Shown: positions 18,436-26,961 of the stretch, one piece after another
Layout: the number at the start of each line of letters is the position of its first letter
Position numbering within the stretch: position 1 is the stretch's first letter
IMG/VR virus record: IMGVR_UViG_3300036979_001044
Coordinates: 1-64,000 of that record
Length of the DNA: 64,000 nucleotides
Strand: one strand, 5' to 3'
Source of the DNA: a virus
Made by a program: the position numbers and the translations under genes
Notes under the pieces: generated by a model
What the model was told of the DNA's origin: nothing
Databases searched by the model: none
What the model saw: only the letters and a program-made list of their open reading frames with translations

Positions 18436-19455
18436 CTACAACGTCCCCAATCGGGACACCTGCCCGATGGGCTGTGCCGTCCGCCTGAAGGCCTCCAGCT
18501 CGTTCCGGCTGTACTCCCCTGGGTCTCCCTGGGGAAGCCGCACCACCCGCACGTCAAAGAGCCCAGCGAGCTTGGGAGCAGCCTGGACCATCTCTGGCCA
18601 AGCCCCCATCGGCTCGTTCTCGCTCGGCCCATCCCACATCAGATCCACCGCCCGCACCCCGGCCTGGCGGAGCTTGAGCATCTGCACCAGCGTGATCTTC
18701 TTCCCGAAGGTCGCCACCGCCGAGGGCCCGCTATGAATACAATCTATCGGGCCCTCGACAATGGCCACCCGCGGAAAATTCCGCGCTACATCCAGATTCA
18801 TCAGCACCTCCCCGGATGTTGCCATCCCCGCCGTCGCCGGAGGATTGAGCGCTTTCTGGAACCGTTCTCCGGGAGCTGGTTCCCACATCGCCCTAGCCTG
18901 GTAGTACACCATGCGACTGCCCTCGTACACGGGAAACAAAACCCGATTGGCGTAGCGCCCACTGGAACACCAGAAAAGACCGAACGCCCGCACATCTTCT
19001 TCCATTATACCGCGTTTCTGAAGATACGGCAATATGCCGCATATTGGCGTAGCCCCTGGGGGCGGGGGAATAATCGGTAGTACCGGAAGATCAAAAGATT
19101 GCGGTAACTGATCCAGCGGAGCATCACTGCGCATCCATGCCGCCTCGCCAAGCAGCCCCGCCTGGGAGCGCACCAGCTCCGCCGCTTGCTCGCGGCCGAT
19201 TCCTTCCAGCATGGAGATGAGCCCCAGAAGTCCCCCAGCCCCGCGCACTGCCCGGCGTTGCCCGGTGGTGTAGTCGATGGCGAACTCCTCGCAGACCCAA
19301 CAATGCCAAGTGCGCCGCTGGGTGTTCACGGTCAGTTTGTTCTTCCCGCAATTGGGGCACCGGATCAACCACTCATCAGCCTGCAATCGACGAGCTGAAA
19401 ATCTTTCGAGGTATGCCGCCAGATCAAATCTGTCGATCGCTTCCCATTGGGTCAT
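18436..19455 (-). CDS. DNA primase (Zn finger + TOPRIM)
   Basis: CPNC...HCWVC, YL.KRG, R..FP, YQAR, IVEGPID, D.G. Confidence 0.88.
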   Translation of the reverse strand: MTQWEAIDRFDLAAYLERFSARRLQADEWLIRCPNCGKNKLTVNTQRRTWHCWVCEEFAIDYTTGQRRAVRGAGGLLGLISMLEGIGREQAAELVRSQAGLLGEAAWMRSDAPLDQLPQSFDLPVLPIIPPPPGATPICGILPYLQKRGIMEEDVRAFGLFWCSSGRYANRVLFPVYEGSRMVYYQARAMWEPAPGERFQKALNPPATAGMATSGEVLMNLDVARNFPRVAIVEGPIDCIHSGPSAVATFGKKITLVQMLKLRQAGVRAVDLMWDGPSENEPMGAWPEMVQAAPKLAGLFDVRVVRLPQGDPGEYSRNELEAFRRTAQPIGQVSRLGTL

Positions 19456-20912
19456 ATCGGTGCCCTCAGCTGGCTTGGGTTGGGGGGTTTGACGTATCCA
19501 AGCGGCACCACCGGGGCCACTCCAGCCACCGCGCCGATCGGAAGATTTCCAGAAAAAGATCCAGCCGAGGCAATGGTCATCCGCTGAAAGTCGGCGTAGA
19601 CCAGGATCACCTGCCCGGCGGCGTTGTCTCGGTACAACTCAGCGAAAAGCCGCGCCTGCTTGCACTGCCGTTCTTCCTGAGTCTGGTTGATGGTTCCCAG
19701 GAAGTCGGCCACGCGGACCTTGTCGTAGCAGTCGGCTATTTTCCGGCTCTGCAACACCTCGGTGCTGGTCTCCAGATCCTCCTTGGGCCGTTGCGCCTGG
19801 GAAGCCGTCCAGAGCGCGTACCCACGGTTGGACAAGGTCTTCAGGTCGCGAAAAGCCGACCGCTGCACCTCTACCTCGGTGTGCAAGTGCTCCTCCCGAG
19901 CCCGCAACAAATCACCGTAGTCGACAATCAGGGCGTCGGGGTCCCAGTTGAAGCGCTGTTTCAGTTCCCGCATCTCCTCCTGAATATCAGCGACCGAATA
20001 GGTCCACCGTTCAGTGAGACCTCGGATGATGAGCTTCTGGCGGTATGCCTGGTATTCGTACTGAAGCCGTTGCCAGGAGTCAGTGGTCAAGGAACCATCT
20101 TTGATCCGGCTATACTCCTCCTGCGCGAAAATCGAGTCGTAGCGGTTCTCGACCATCCGCCGAGAACCCTCCAGCACGAAATGGAGAACCTTGAAGTCCC
20201 CGCGACGGACCGCCTGAGCCCCATGATTAACCAGGAGGGTACTCTTGCCTCGTTTCGGATAGGCAATCCACACCCCCATCTCGCCTTTGCGTAATCCACC
20301 AGCCAGAATATGGTCCAGTTCAGGGATTCCAGTTGGGACCGCATCCGTAAGTGATCCATCTCCCATCCGATGCGCCATGCGCTGAGGAAGCTCCTCGAAG
20401 AAAAAGCTGCGGTCGACCGTATCCCATTGGCTATGAAAGATCTGATCCATGGCCTGGTACATCGACTTGTAACTCTGATCGACGTTGCCCGCGTTGAAAA
20501 ATGCCTTTGACTCGTGGAATGCGGCCACGAACAAGTGCCGCTTGATGAAATCGATGACCGTATCTCGAAGCCACTTCTCCGCCGATAGATCAGCCTCCAT
20601 CACCCGCTCCAGAGTGAGCCGAAAGAATTCCCTGGCCCGAACGTCAAGGGATCGGGTGTATTCACAGACCAACCGCAACGAAGGCATGCTCTCATAGCGC
20701 TGGCGGTACTCCTGCATCCGCGCGAATGCCCAACCGTAAACCTCATTTTCAAAATAGCCCGGTTGCAAATGCGGCATCACCGCGCTGGCAAAAGAGACAT
20801 CCTGCGCCAGAAGCTTGAGCAGGCTCGCCTGGTAGTCGACTCCGAAAGGAAAGCGATCCCCCGCTGAAGGAACCCCCGCCGAAGCGGGCACCGGGGTTCG
20901 CTCAATTGGCAT
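19452..20912 (-). CDS. DnaB-like replicative helicase
   Basis: PTGI.ELD..L.GGL..GE, GKST, LE, IVDYGDLL, WTASQ. Confidence 0.9.
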   Translation of the reverse strand: MPIERTPVPASAGVPSAGDRFPFGVDYQASLLKLLAQDVSFASAVMPHLQPGYFENEVYGWAFARMQEYRQRYESMPSLRLVCEYTRSLDVRAREFFRLTLERVMEADLSAEKWLRDTVIDFIKRHLFVAAFHESKAFFNAGNVDQSYKSMYQAMDQIFHSQWDTVDRSFFFEELPQRMAHRMGDGSLTDAVPTGIPELDHILAGGLRKGEMGVWIAYPKRGKSTLLVNHGAQAVRRGDFKVLHFVLEGSRRMVENRYDSIFAQEEYSRIKDGSLTTDSWQRLQYEYQAYRQKLIIRGLTERWTYSVADIQEEMRELKQRFNWDPDALIVDYGDLLRAREEHLHTEVEVQRSAFRDLKTLSNRGYALWTASQAQRPKEDLETSTEVLQSRKIADCYDKVRVADFLGTINQTQEERQCKQARLFAELYRDNAAGQVILVYADFQRMTIASAGSFSGNLPIGAVAGVAPVVPLGYVKPPNPSQLRAPI

Positions 20913-21540
20913 ACCGGTTGACTCCCATCCGAGCTACGTTCTGGGCCTGGGCGGAAGTGATCTCTCCACGGCGCAAAGCCAGGATGTCGAAGTTCACCAG
21001 TCCAATCAGTTCCTGCGCGCAAGCCACCTGAGCAGAGCAACTCTTACAAACGTGGCTGCGCGGGTGGTACCCATACGTCTGGGAGGAAATCCCCACGCGG
21101 CACCGGTCGACCTGCCCGCGCGCCACGAGCGACCCTTTTAGCAGCTCCACGCCGTAACTCAAATCTCGATTGGGGTCCCAGCTGTGCTCTAGCCCGACGG
21201 CCTCCGTCGCGTTAGCCGTCTCGCAAAGTCTTTTCTGGAAAAAATCGTACCCCTTCCAACCCGCATAGCCGGGAAGAGCTTTCTCGGAGAGCAGATTGGT
21301 CCGATTGCAGCCCGGCGGGAAGAGCCACCGCCGCCGGGCGAAGAGATAGTACAGCCATTGCCGGGGTGGAACCAGTTTACCTCGGCACCAGGAGACCAGC
21401 TCCTCCAGCACCTGTCGGTGCGCTTCGGTGAACCGGGGTTCCTTCAGGTGTGCTCCACGGTTGCGCAAATTCTGGAAATGCGCGGTCTGTCGGCGGTAAT
21501 GGCAATAGTCCGAAAATAGCTGCCGGATCAGGTCTGACAT
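20902..21540 (-). CDS. hypothetical replication-associated protein with C-terminal Cys cluster
   Basis: Coupled to the helicase; YGYHPRSHVCKSC...C. Confidence 0.65.
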   Translation of the reverse strand: MSDLIRQLFSDYCHYRRQTAHFQNLRNRGAHLKEPRFTEAHRQVLEELVSWCRGKLVPPRQWLYYLFARRRWLFPPGCNRTNLLSEKALPGYAGWKGYDFFQKRLCETANATEAVGLEHSWDPNRDLSYGVELLKGSLVARGQVDRCRVGISSQTYGYHPRSHVCKSCSAQVACAQELIGLVNFDILALRRGEITSAQAQNVARMGVNRYAN

Positions 21541-21573
21541 GCTCGCTCTCCACGTCTACCTGTTTTGGCGTCG

Positions 21574-21987
21574 CTAACGCGATACCGTGTCTAGTCTCCA
21601 GGCGGGATCGCGTTCCACGATCTGGCGGATCAAGTACCGCACCACCTGCTCCATTTCATCCAGCTCCAGATTTTCTCCCTTGGCCACGGGTACCTCCACC
21701 GGCACGCCCAGCGTCGGGTCCAACAGTGACTCGATGCGCCCGGTAACTATCGCCCTACGATGGTCCCGATAGCATGCGATGAGCTGGATCAGGCTGTCAA
21801 CACCCCCTGGAAAAGGTAAAGAATCCACCAGCTCTAGCGCGTCGAAGATGAGCCAGCGGCGACCAGTCTCTCGCAACCACGACTTCAGATGCTGCGGATC
21901 GGACATCGAAACCCGCTGCACGCAGTCGTATTTCTCTTTACAGTCCAGCCCTTGGATATCAGGGCGCAGCACCACTTTCTCCGCCAT
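21574..21987 (-). CDS. hypothetical protein
   Basis: SD AAGGAG upstream. Confidence 0.7.
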   Translation of the reverse strand: MAEKVVLRPDIQGLDCKEKYDCVQRVSMSDPQHLKSWLRETGRRWLIFDALELVDSLPFPGGVDSLIQLIACYRDHRRAIVTGRIESLLDPTLGVPVEVPVAKGENLELDEMEQVVRYLIRQIVERDPAWRLDTVSR

Positions 21988-22025
21988 AAAACTCCGCTCC
22001 TTTCCAGAAATGGGCGCAAGCCCGC

Positions 22026-22064
22026 AAAAAAGCAGGGCCCCGAGCGGGAATACTCGGAGCCCTG
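22026..22064 (-). terminator. rho-independent terminator
   Basis: CAGGGCTCCGAG-loop-CTCGGGGCCCTG followed by CTTTTTT on the minus strand. Confidence 0.75.
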
Positions 22065-22130
22065 GGGCGTGACCAACGCAATCCGTAGTAGTGCGAGGTC
22101 ACGGTACCATACGCCGGCGTACCCAGCACC
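22026..22130 (-). ncRNA. candidate ~100-nt structured small RNA or leader
   Basis: Lies between the promoter-like motif and the terminator; three consecutive hairpins; no credible ORF. Confidence 0.35.
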
Positions 22131-22131
22131 T

Positions 22132-22163
22132 GTTAAATACTGGCGGAGAGGTTATTTTGCTAA
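22132..22163 (-). promoter_or_regulatory. putative phage promoter TTAGCAA-N11-CGCCAGTATTTAAC
   Basis: Second exact copy of the motif at 9103-9134. Confidence 0.6.
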
Positions 22164-23633
22164 ACCCTCGACCCAAGAAACAAACGAACGAGCATCACGC
22201 ATCACCTCAACGCGGAAGATAGGCTCCTCGTAATAGATACGCAATCTCTCCATGGCATGCGCCAAAAGTTTCTTGTGGTGGCGGTCTGCAAAGTCGATGA
22301 GCACCGCCTCGCTCTTACCCTCGATGGCCGTGCAGATCCGATAGATGGCCTGGGTGAGGCTCACCTCGGCCTTTTCCCCCTTGGCGTAAACCAGCGCATC
22401 TACCGCGGGAAGATCGACTCCCTCGCCGAGGATGGAAGTGCCGAGGAGCACCTTGACCTCAGCGCCGTCGGAGAAAGATCTCATGATCCTTCCCTGCCGC
22501 GAGCGATCGATGTCGGTAGAGACGAACTCTGCCGCCTGAAACTCCGCTCGATCTGGCGACTGGGGAAGCGAGCGCAAGAGCAGCTCCCGGATGATCTTCC
22601 CCTGTGCCTTGGTGCCCACCAGGATGAGCACCTTCCGGCCGCGAGACAGCAGCGCGTGAGCAGCATAAGCCGCCCACTGATTGCGCAAACTGTGCTCATG
22701 GATACCCTTTTTGCCGTGCTCGGAGAAGAAGTTGGCCGACTTCGCGGGAATCTTCCCCGCGGCTACCGGAATGAAGATCGCCTTGACCGGCACCAACCAG
22801 CCCCGGCCGAGCATGTCCTCCGATGTTGCCTTGTAAATAGTTCCAGAAATAACCGCGTGCATCGCCAGGGCGTCTCCCGCCGAACGGAAATAGGTCCCGG
22901 TCATCCCGTAGCGATGGTAGATATGATCGCAATAGCTGAAAATCTTTCGGTAGCTCGCCGCCGCACTATGGTGGTGCTCGTCTACAGCAATCACTTTTCT
23001 GGAAGCGTAGAAAGCAGCCGGAAGGTTCGCGGCAGTCGCCGCTGTAGCGATTACCACCCGTTTTCTGGAAGCCTCCAGCCAGCCGGCCGAACCAATCAGG
23101 TGAACGCTGTAGTGCGCCCCGAAAAAGTCCTCCAGCACCTCCTGGGTCTGCTGAACGATGCGATCGGTCGGCGCGATCCAGATGGTCGGGAGCGCAAGTC
23201 TCCGGGTGATTTCGCACATCACTCTAGTTTTTCCGCTGCGAGGCGGTAAATCAAGCACCCCCATACCGCGCTCGACTGCCAGAGATACCGCCTCCAGTTG
23301 GTAGTCGCGCAGCGGTATCTTCACCGGGTCAGGAACATCCCCGACTGGGCGGATGCGCAAATCCTCGACCCGAACCTCGTAACCAAATTTTCTGGAAAAG
23401 TAGCAAACCCGGTCCAGCAATCCGCTGGGTACCCAGGCTGGGGCAGCCTTGGGCTGATGAAGAAGCCGCACCCAACCGTCCCAACCCCGCATCGCATCGT
23501 CCGGCAACGATATCCCGCTTTCCAGGAGTTGCACCATCTGGGTCGGATAGCGCAACTCCTGGTCAAGGATGTGCAGGATGAATGGATCGGTATGGTATAA
23601 CTCAGTGCGGCTGTTTTGTACGCGCAGAAGCAC
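22152..23633 (-). CDS. superfamily 2 helicase (UvsW/XPB-like)
   Basis: LRDYQ, PPRSGKT, VDEHHH, GMTGT, GEGVDLP, Q..YR; GTG start overlapping the upstream TAG. Confidence 0.9.
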   Translation of the reverse strand: MLLRVQNSRTELYHTDPFILHILDQELRYPTQMVQLLESGISLPDDAMRGWDGWVRLLHQPKAAPAWVPSGLLDRVCYFSRKFGYEVRVEDLRIRPVGDVPDPVKIPLRDYQLEAVSLAVERGMGVLDLPPRSGKTRVMCEITRRLALPTIWIAPTDRIVQQTQEVLEDFFGAHYSVHLIGSAGWLEASRKRVVIATAATAANLPAAFYASRKVIAVDEHHHSAAASYRKIFSYCDHIYHRYGMTGTYFRSAGDALAMHAVISGTIYKATSEDMLGRGWLVPVKAIFIPVAAGKIPAKSANFFSEHGKKGIHEHSLRNQWAAYAAHALLSRGRKVLILVGTKAQGKIIRELLLRSLPQSPDRAEFQAAEFVSTDIDRSRQGRIMRSFSDGAEVKVLLGTSILGEGVDLPAVDALVYAKGEKAEVSLTQAIYRICTAIEGKSEAVLIDFADRHHKKLLAHAMERLRIYYEEPIFRVEVMRDARSFVSWVEGLAK

Positions 23634-23860
23634 TAATCCCACTCCTCCGCGTAAGCCTCCAAGCCCTTCTCCAGAACCAGCCACTTGGGGGCCAGTACCG
23701 TGCTCGATTTCTCACGCACCGGCGCTTCCTCCAGTTGCTCCAGCTGACTCTTGGGAAACCACTCCTTGGTGCCCCCGCCGAAGTCCAGAAGCAACGCCAG
23801 GCCGCTGTCACTCTCGCGGACTACCCGGTCAAATGTCACTATCATCATCTCGCGAGGCAA
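23633..23860 (-). CDS. hypothetical protein
   Basis: W.PKSQ...PKWL..KGL small phage domain. Confidence 0.65.
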   Translation of the reverse strand: MPREMMIVTFDRVVRESDSGLALLLDFGGGTKEWFPKSQLEQLEEAPVREKSSTVLAPKWLVLEKGLEAYAEEWD

Positions 23861-23993
23861 CGCGGCTTCTCCTTTTTTTGGGTTGATCGTCTTTGGAGAC
23901 TTTTTCGCCCTTGGGGGGACGACCGCGGCGAATGACCTTGGTCTTGGGACTGGCGGACTTCTTGGTCTCGATCTTCTTTTTTCTGGGGGACAT
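23829..23993 (-). CDS. small basic AT-hook protein (54 aa)
   Basis: MSPRKKK...RRGRPPK...; purine-rich SD-like AAAGGGA before ATG at 23993. Confidence 0.6.
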   Translation of the reverse strand: MSPRKKKIETKKSASPKTKVIRRGRPPKGEKVSKDDQPKKRRSRVASRDDDSDI

Positions 23994-24088
23994 TATTGTT
24001 CCTTTCCGGTTGAAGTAGCTATGCCCTAAACGGACAAGAACCCTTCTACCGGGAAAGTTCCAGAAAAAGCAATAGGAATTTTCGATCA

Positions 24089-24325
24089 TTATTTTCTGGA
24101 ACACCAGCCGACCGATCGCACTGAAATCTCCCCATAAAAAAATGACCCCAACTTACGCTCCGCATGTTTGAGAACGAGGTATCTCCAGCCTAGTAAAATC
24201 CGGGTCCAGGGAGCAAATCGAATGTACACCCGCATCATCGCGTCGTCCGCGGTTGGGGGATTGATGGTCATCCCACGTACTCCGGGCAGCACCATGACCA
24301 CATTAACCACATCGCTATCCATCAT
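24089..24325 (-). CDS. hypothetical protein
   Basis: ATGA-coupled small ORF. Confidence 0.5.
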   Translation of the reverse strand: MMDSDVVNVVMVLPGVRGMTINPPTADDAMMRVYIRFAPWTRILLGWRYLVLKHAERKLGSFFYGEISVRSVGWCSRK

Positions 24326-24678
24326 CGGCCCCCCCGATCAACTCCCGCCAACTCGTCGCACTCCGCCAGGTAGGTGTCCCGCCAGAGTTTGGCAACCCCC
24401 TCCGCCTCCTCGTTGAAACGGCACATGTCCTCCGTATCCGGAGCCCCTCGGCCACGTTTGATAAATTCCTGGGACTGGACCGCGATGGACGCTGCACGGA
24501 TTGCGATCATCATGTCCCGGCGCCAACGAAATTTGCTCTCCAGTCGATTCTTTCGCCGCCTGGGAATCTCCTGCTCCTCCTCCTCGGACAGCGACTTCTG
24601 CTCCGGAGGCTTGATAATCGGCAGCCTTCCCTCATTCAATTCCTCCACCCGACCCCAGAATTCTTTTAACTCCATCAT
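24322..24678 (-). CDS. hypothetical protein
   Basis: SD AAGGAG plus conserved leader. Confidence 0.7.
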   Translation of the reverse strand: MMELKEFWGRVEELNEGRLPIIKPPEQKSLSEEEEQEIPRRRKNRLESKFRWRRDMMIAIRAASIAVQSQEFIKRGRGAPDTEDMCRFNEEAEGVAKLWRDTYLAECDELAGVDRGGR

Positions 24679-24710
24679 GCTCGCTCCTTTCTATTCTGCG
24701 CCCAAAGGAC

Positions 24711-24983
24711 TCAGGGAATGATGACGATTGAACCCCTTAAACCCGGGATAGAACCGTCGTCTTCCTCAGCGGTCAACTCGGTAATCTCGGCGTTCTCGCA
24801 CTCCCCATTGCACTGGTGGCAAAGGTTCACGTCAAGGTCGAGTTGCTTACTCATGTTCGCCCAAGCGATCTCCTCGGCTTCCTCCTTGCTATCCGCCTCG
24901 ATGGTCCCGCAGTACTTGCCGCCAGTCACAGTTCCGAATATGGAGAACTTCTTCTTGGGTTTCTTTTTCCTAACCGCACTCAT
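24711..24983 (-). CDS. hypothetical protein with CxxC
   Basis: SD AAGGAGAG before ATG at 24983. Confidence 0.65.
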   Translation of the reverse strand: MSAVRKKKPKKKFSIFGTVTGGKYCGTIEADSKEEAEEIAWANMSKQLDLDVNLCHQCNGECENAEITELTAEEDDGSIPGLRGSIVIIP

Positions 24984-25157
24984 CTCGCTCTCTCCTTTTC
25001 GTTTGTAAACGGCTGTAAAATTGTTCCAGCCTCTCCTTTCTCGCCCCTTCCTGGGCCCTATATTCTTTTTGGGCATAGAATCCCATTTGCCCATCAGGCG
25101 CGCTCTCGCTCTTTAACCACCCTCACCCTTTGGACGCTCTCGCTCATCTATATTCCG

Positions 25158-25273
25158 TTTTTGCTGGCCGGAGAATTTTGCTGGCTGGAGAAAGTTTTGA
25201 TCTACCCCCTAATCTAGCGAACTTCAGTTTTTGCTGGCTGGAGAAAGTTTTGATCTACCCCCTAGCCTAGCGA
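25158..25273. repeat. 45-bp direct repeat x2 plus partial third copy
   Basis: TTTTGCTGGCTGGAGAAAGTTTTGATCTACCCCCTA..CTAGCGA at 25176-25220 and 25229-25273. Confidence 0.9.
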
Positions 25274-25678
25274 GATTCGTTTTGATTGACTTCCCCAGCG
25301 CGTTTTTTGGATCTTTGGACTTCAGGAACTTCTCCCAGTCCAATAAAACGAAGTTGAAGCATCTCACCCCCAGTCGGCCCCCGAAGGGGGCCAGCTGGGG
25401 GGCGGGATTGAGAGCAGCCGCGAAGCGGCTGCGAACTCTAAGCCCCCAAAATACTTCTTGCCTTTGATGCCCCCTTGCAGTATGAAGAAATTCCCGACAG
25501 GGATATTTCTGATCTTAAAGCATGATGTAGGCCCGCTGGTCAAGTTAAAAATTTCAGCCGAAAATCAAAAAATTTACCAAATAAATTCAGTACTGTTAGA
25601 TACTGAACAAAACAAACCAGGAAAAATGCCGTATATTCGCCAGACACGTTGACATGCGAGTCAACAATTTCCGATTTT

Positions 25679-25748
25679 GCACAGAAATTGTGCGTTTGCA
25701 CAGAAACTGTGCAGATGCACAGAAACTGTGCATGCCCAGAATCTGTGC
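25679..25748. repeat. four palindromic 15-bp iteron-like repeats GCACAG-AAA-CTGTGC
   Basis: Copies start at 25679, 25698, 25717 and 25734. Confidence 0.9.
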
Positions 25749-25791
25749 TTTCCAGACAAATTCCAGACATTATCCAGAATTCCAGAAAAGT

Positions 25792-26292
25792 TCACCTAGA
25801 GATAATAGCCATTGTTAGCAGGCTGAAAGTGATTCCAGAGGCCAAAAGGATGAAGGTTGGTTCGCGGTACCATTTATGTGCTTTTTCGATTTCTTGAAGG
25901 TAGCGCTCCTCCTGTTGCTTCCAGCTCTTCGCCTCCAGCTGGCGGAGCTTGCGCTCCAGATCCAGGTCCACCCGGGAAAGCGACCGTTCTCGCTCCTTCT
26001 CCAGCTCCAGTTGGATTTCAAACCGCTCCACCTTCTGCCCCAGCTCGATGGCCAACTTGGTGGTCAGGAGCTGGCCGGAGAAGGGGGCCACTTGCCCTTC
26101 CTGGAGGGCTGTAGCGCACTTGCCCGAGTCTTTCGGGTCACAGGGGAAGGGCTGGTCGCCTCCTCTTACCAGCGGGCTCCAGAGGAGCCACCAGAGGCTA
26201 ACCAGTAAGGCGGGTGCCCATTTTGACCAAATAACGGGCAAGAGCCGCCGGATCTCTGGCCAATAGGTTGGCCTGGGCCTTCTGTTGGGCAT
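25792..26292 (-). CDS. membrane protein (N-terminal signal/TM, coiled coil, C-terminal TM), lysis-cassette associated
   Basis: Hydrophobic ends; L.EG..APF.G.LL motif; overlaps the upstream membrane gene. Confidence 0.6.
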   Translation of the reverse strand: MPNRRPRPTYWPEIRRLLPVIWSKWAPALLVSLWWLLWSPLVRGGDQPFPCDPKDSGKCATALQEGQVAPFSGQLLTTKLAIELGQKVERFEIQLELEKERERSLSRVDLDLERKLRQLEAKSWKQQEERYLQEIEKAHKWYREPTFILLASGITFSLLTMAIISR

Positions 26293-26545
26293 TGAGCGCC
26301 TCCAGCTGAATGGAATACTTGGCTACCACCTCCGCTTTGGCCACTGTGGCCCCTTCCCGGGCCAGGGTCTGGGCAGCCTCCAACCCCGCCTTTTCCTCCC
26401 GGGCCTTGCCTCGCAGCCAGTCGATGATCTTGGTCCCTCGTCCGGGAAAGAGCGGCCACAGGAAGAGCAGCACTGCAACCACCACCGCGGCCACCCCAAT
26501 CCAGAATCCCGCCCGGCCGATGGTCCCCCAGATCTTCACGGACAT
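26198..26545 (-). CDS. inner-membrane spanin-like protein
   Basis: Single N-terminal TM followed by an Ala-rich coiled coil. Confidence 0.45.
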   Translation of the reverse strand: MSVKIWGTIGRAGFWIGVAAVVVAVLLFLWPLFPGRGTKIIDWLRGKAREEKAGLEAAQTLAREGATVAKAEVVAKYSIQLEALNAQQKAQANLLARDPAALARYLVKMGTRLTG

Positions 26546-26898
26546 GTCGGCGGCTCCTCATCTGGCCTGGGCGGTAGGAGGGACGGACGTTTGCGCTTCA
26601 CCAGCGCTTCCGCTCCCGCGCGAACGATCTTGGTGCCCAGCACGTAGGCGGCGAGGGTGTAGAAGACTTCCAGAAGCCCCGGCGGCGCCTCGGTCACGAT
26701 TCCAGAAAATAGCGTCCGGTGCCAGAGGATGAAGAACTGCACCAGCACGGCGAAGAAGGCTAGCCGGCCCAGCGAGACTACCGGCTTCTTCTCCTCGTCC
26801 TTCTCCATGATCAACCGCAGCCCGAAGCGGTAGAACCAGCGGCCCAGCGTGCGCAGGGCAATCCAGAACCAGCCCAACAAGAGCTTGATGGTCGGCAT
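26536..26898 (-). CDS. holin-like membrane protein
   Basis: 2-3 TM segments (SLGRL..F; Y....AYV.G), basic C-terminus, SD AGGAGG. Confidence 0.5.
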   Translation of the reverse strand: MPTIKLLLGWFWIALRTLGRWFYRFGLRLIMEKDEEKKPVVSLGRLAFFAVLVQFFILWHRTLFSGIVTEAPPGLLEVFYTLAAYVLGTKIVRAGAEALVKRKRPSLLPPRPDEEPPTCP

Positions 26899-26961
26899 CA
26901 GCCACCTCCTAGTGGAAAGGGGTTTCCACTAGGCTAACGCAACTGACAGGTGAAAGGGAAA

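Larger units (their letters stand above)
25100..25790. other. putative origin of replication / major control region
   Basis: Only long non-coding gap; direct repeats, GAA-triloop hairpins, AT-rich core, palindromic iterons. Confidence 0.6.

Noticed and set aside
25158-25790. CRISPR array, or small ORFs in the repeat region
   Set aside because: Spacers are only 2-8 bp, no cas genes are present, and the ORFs are short, motif-less and lack an RBS
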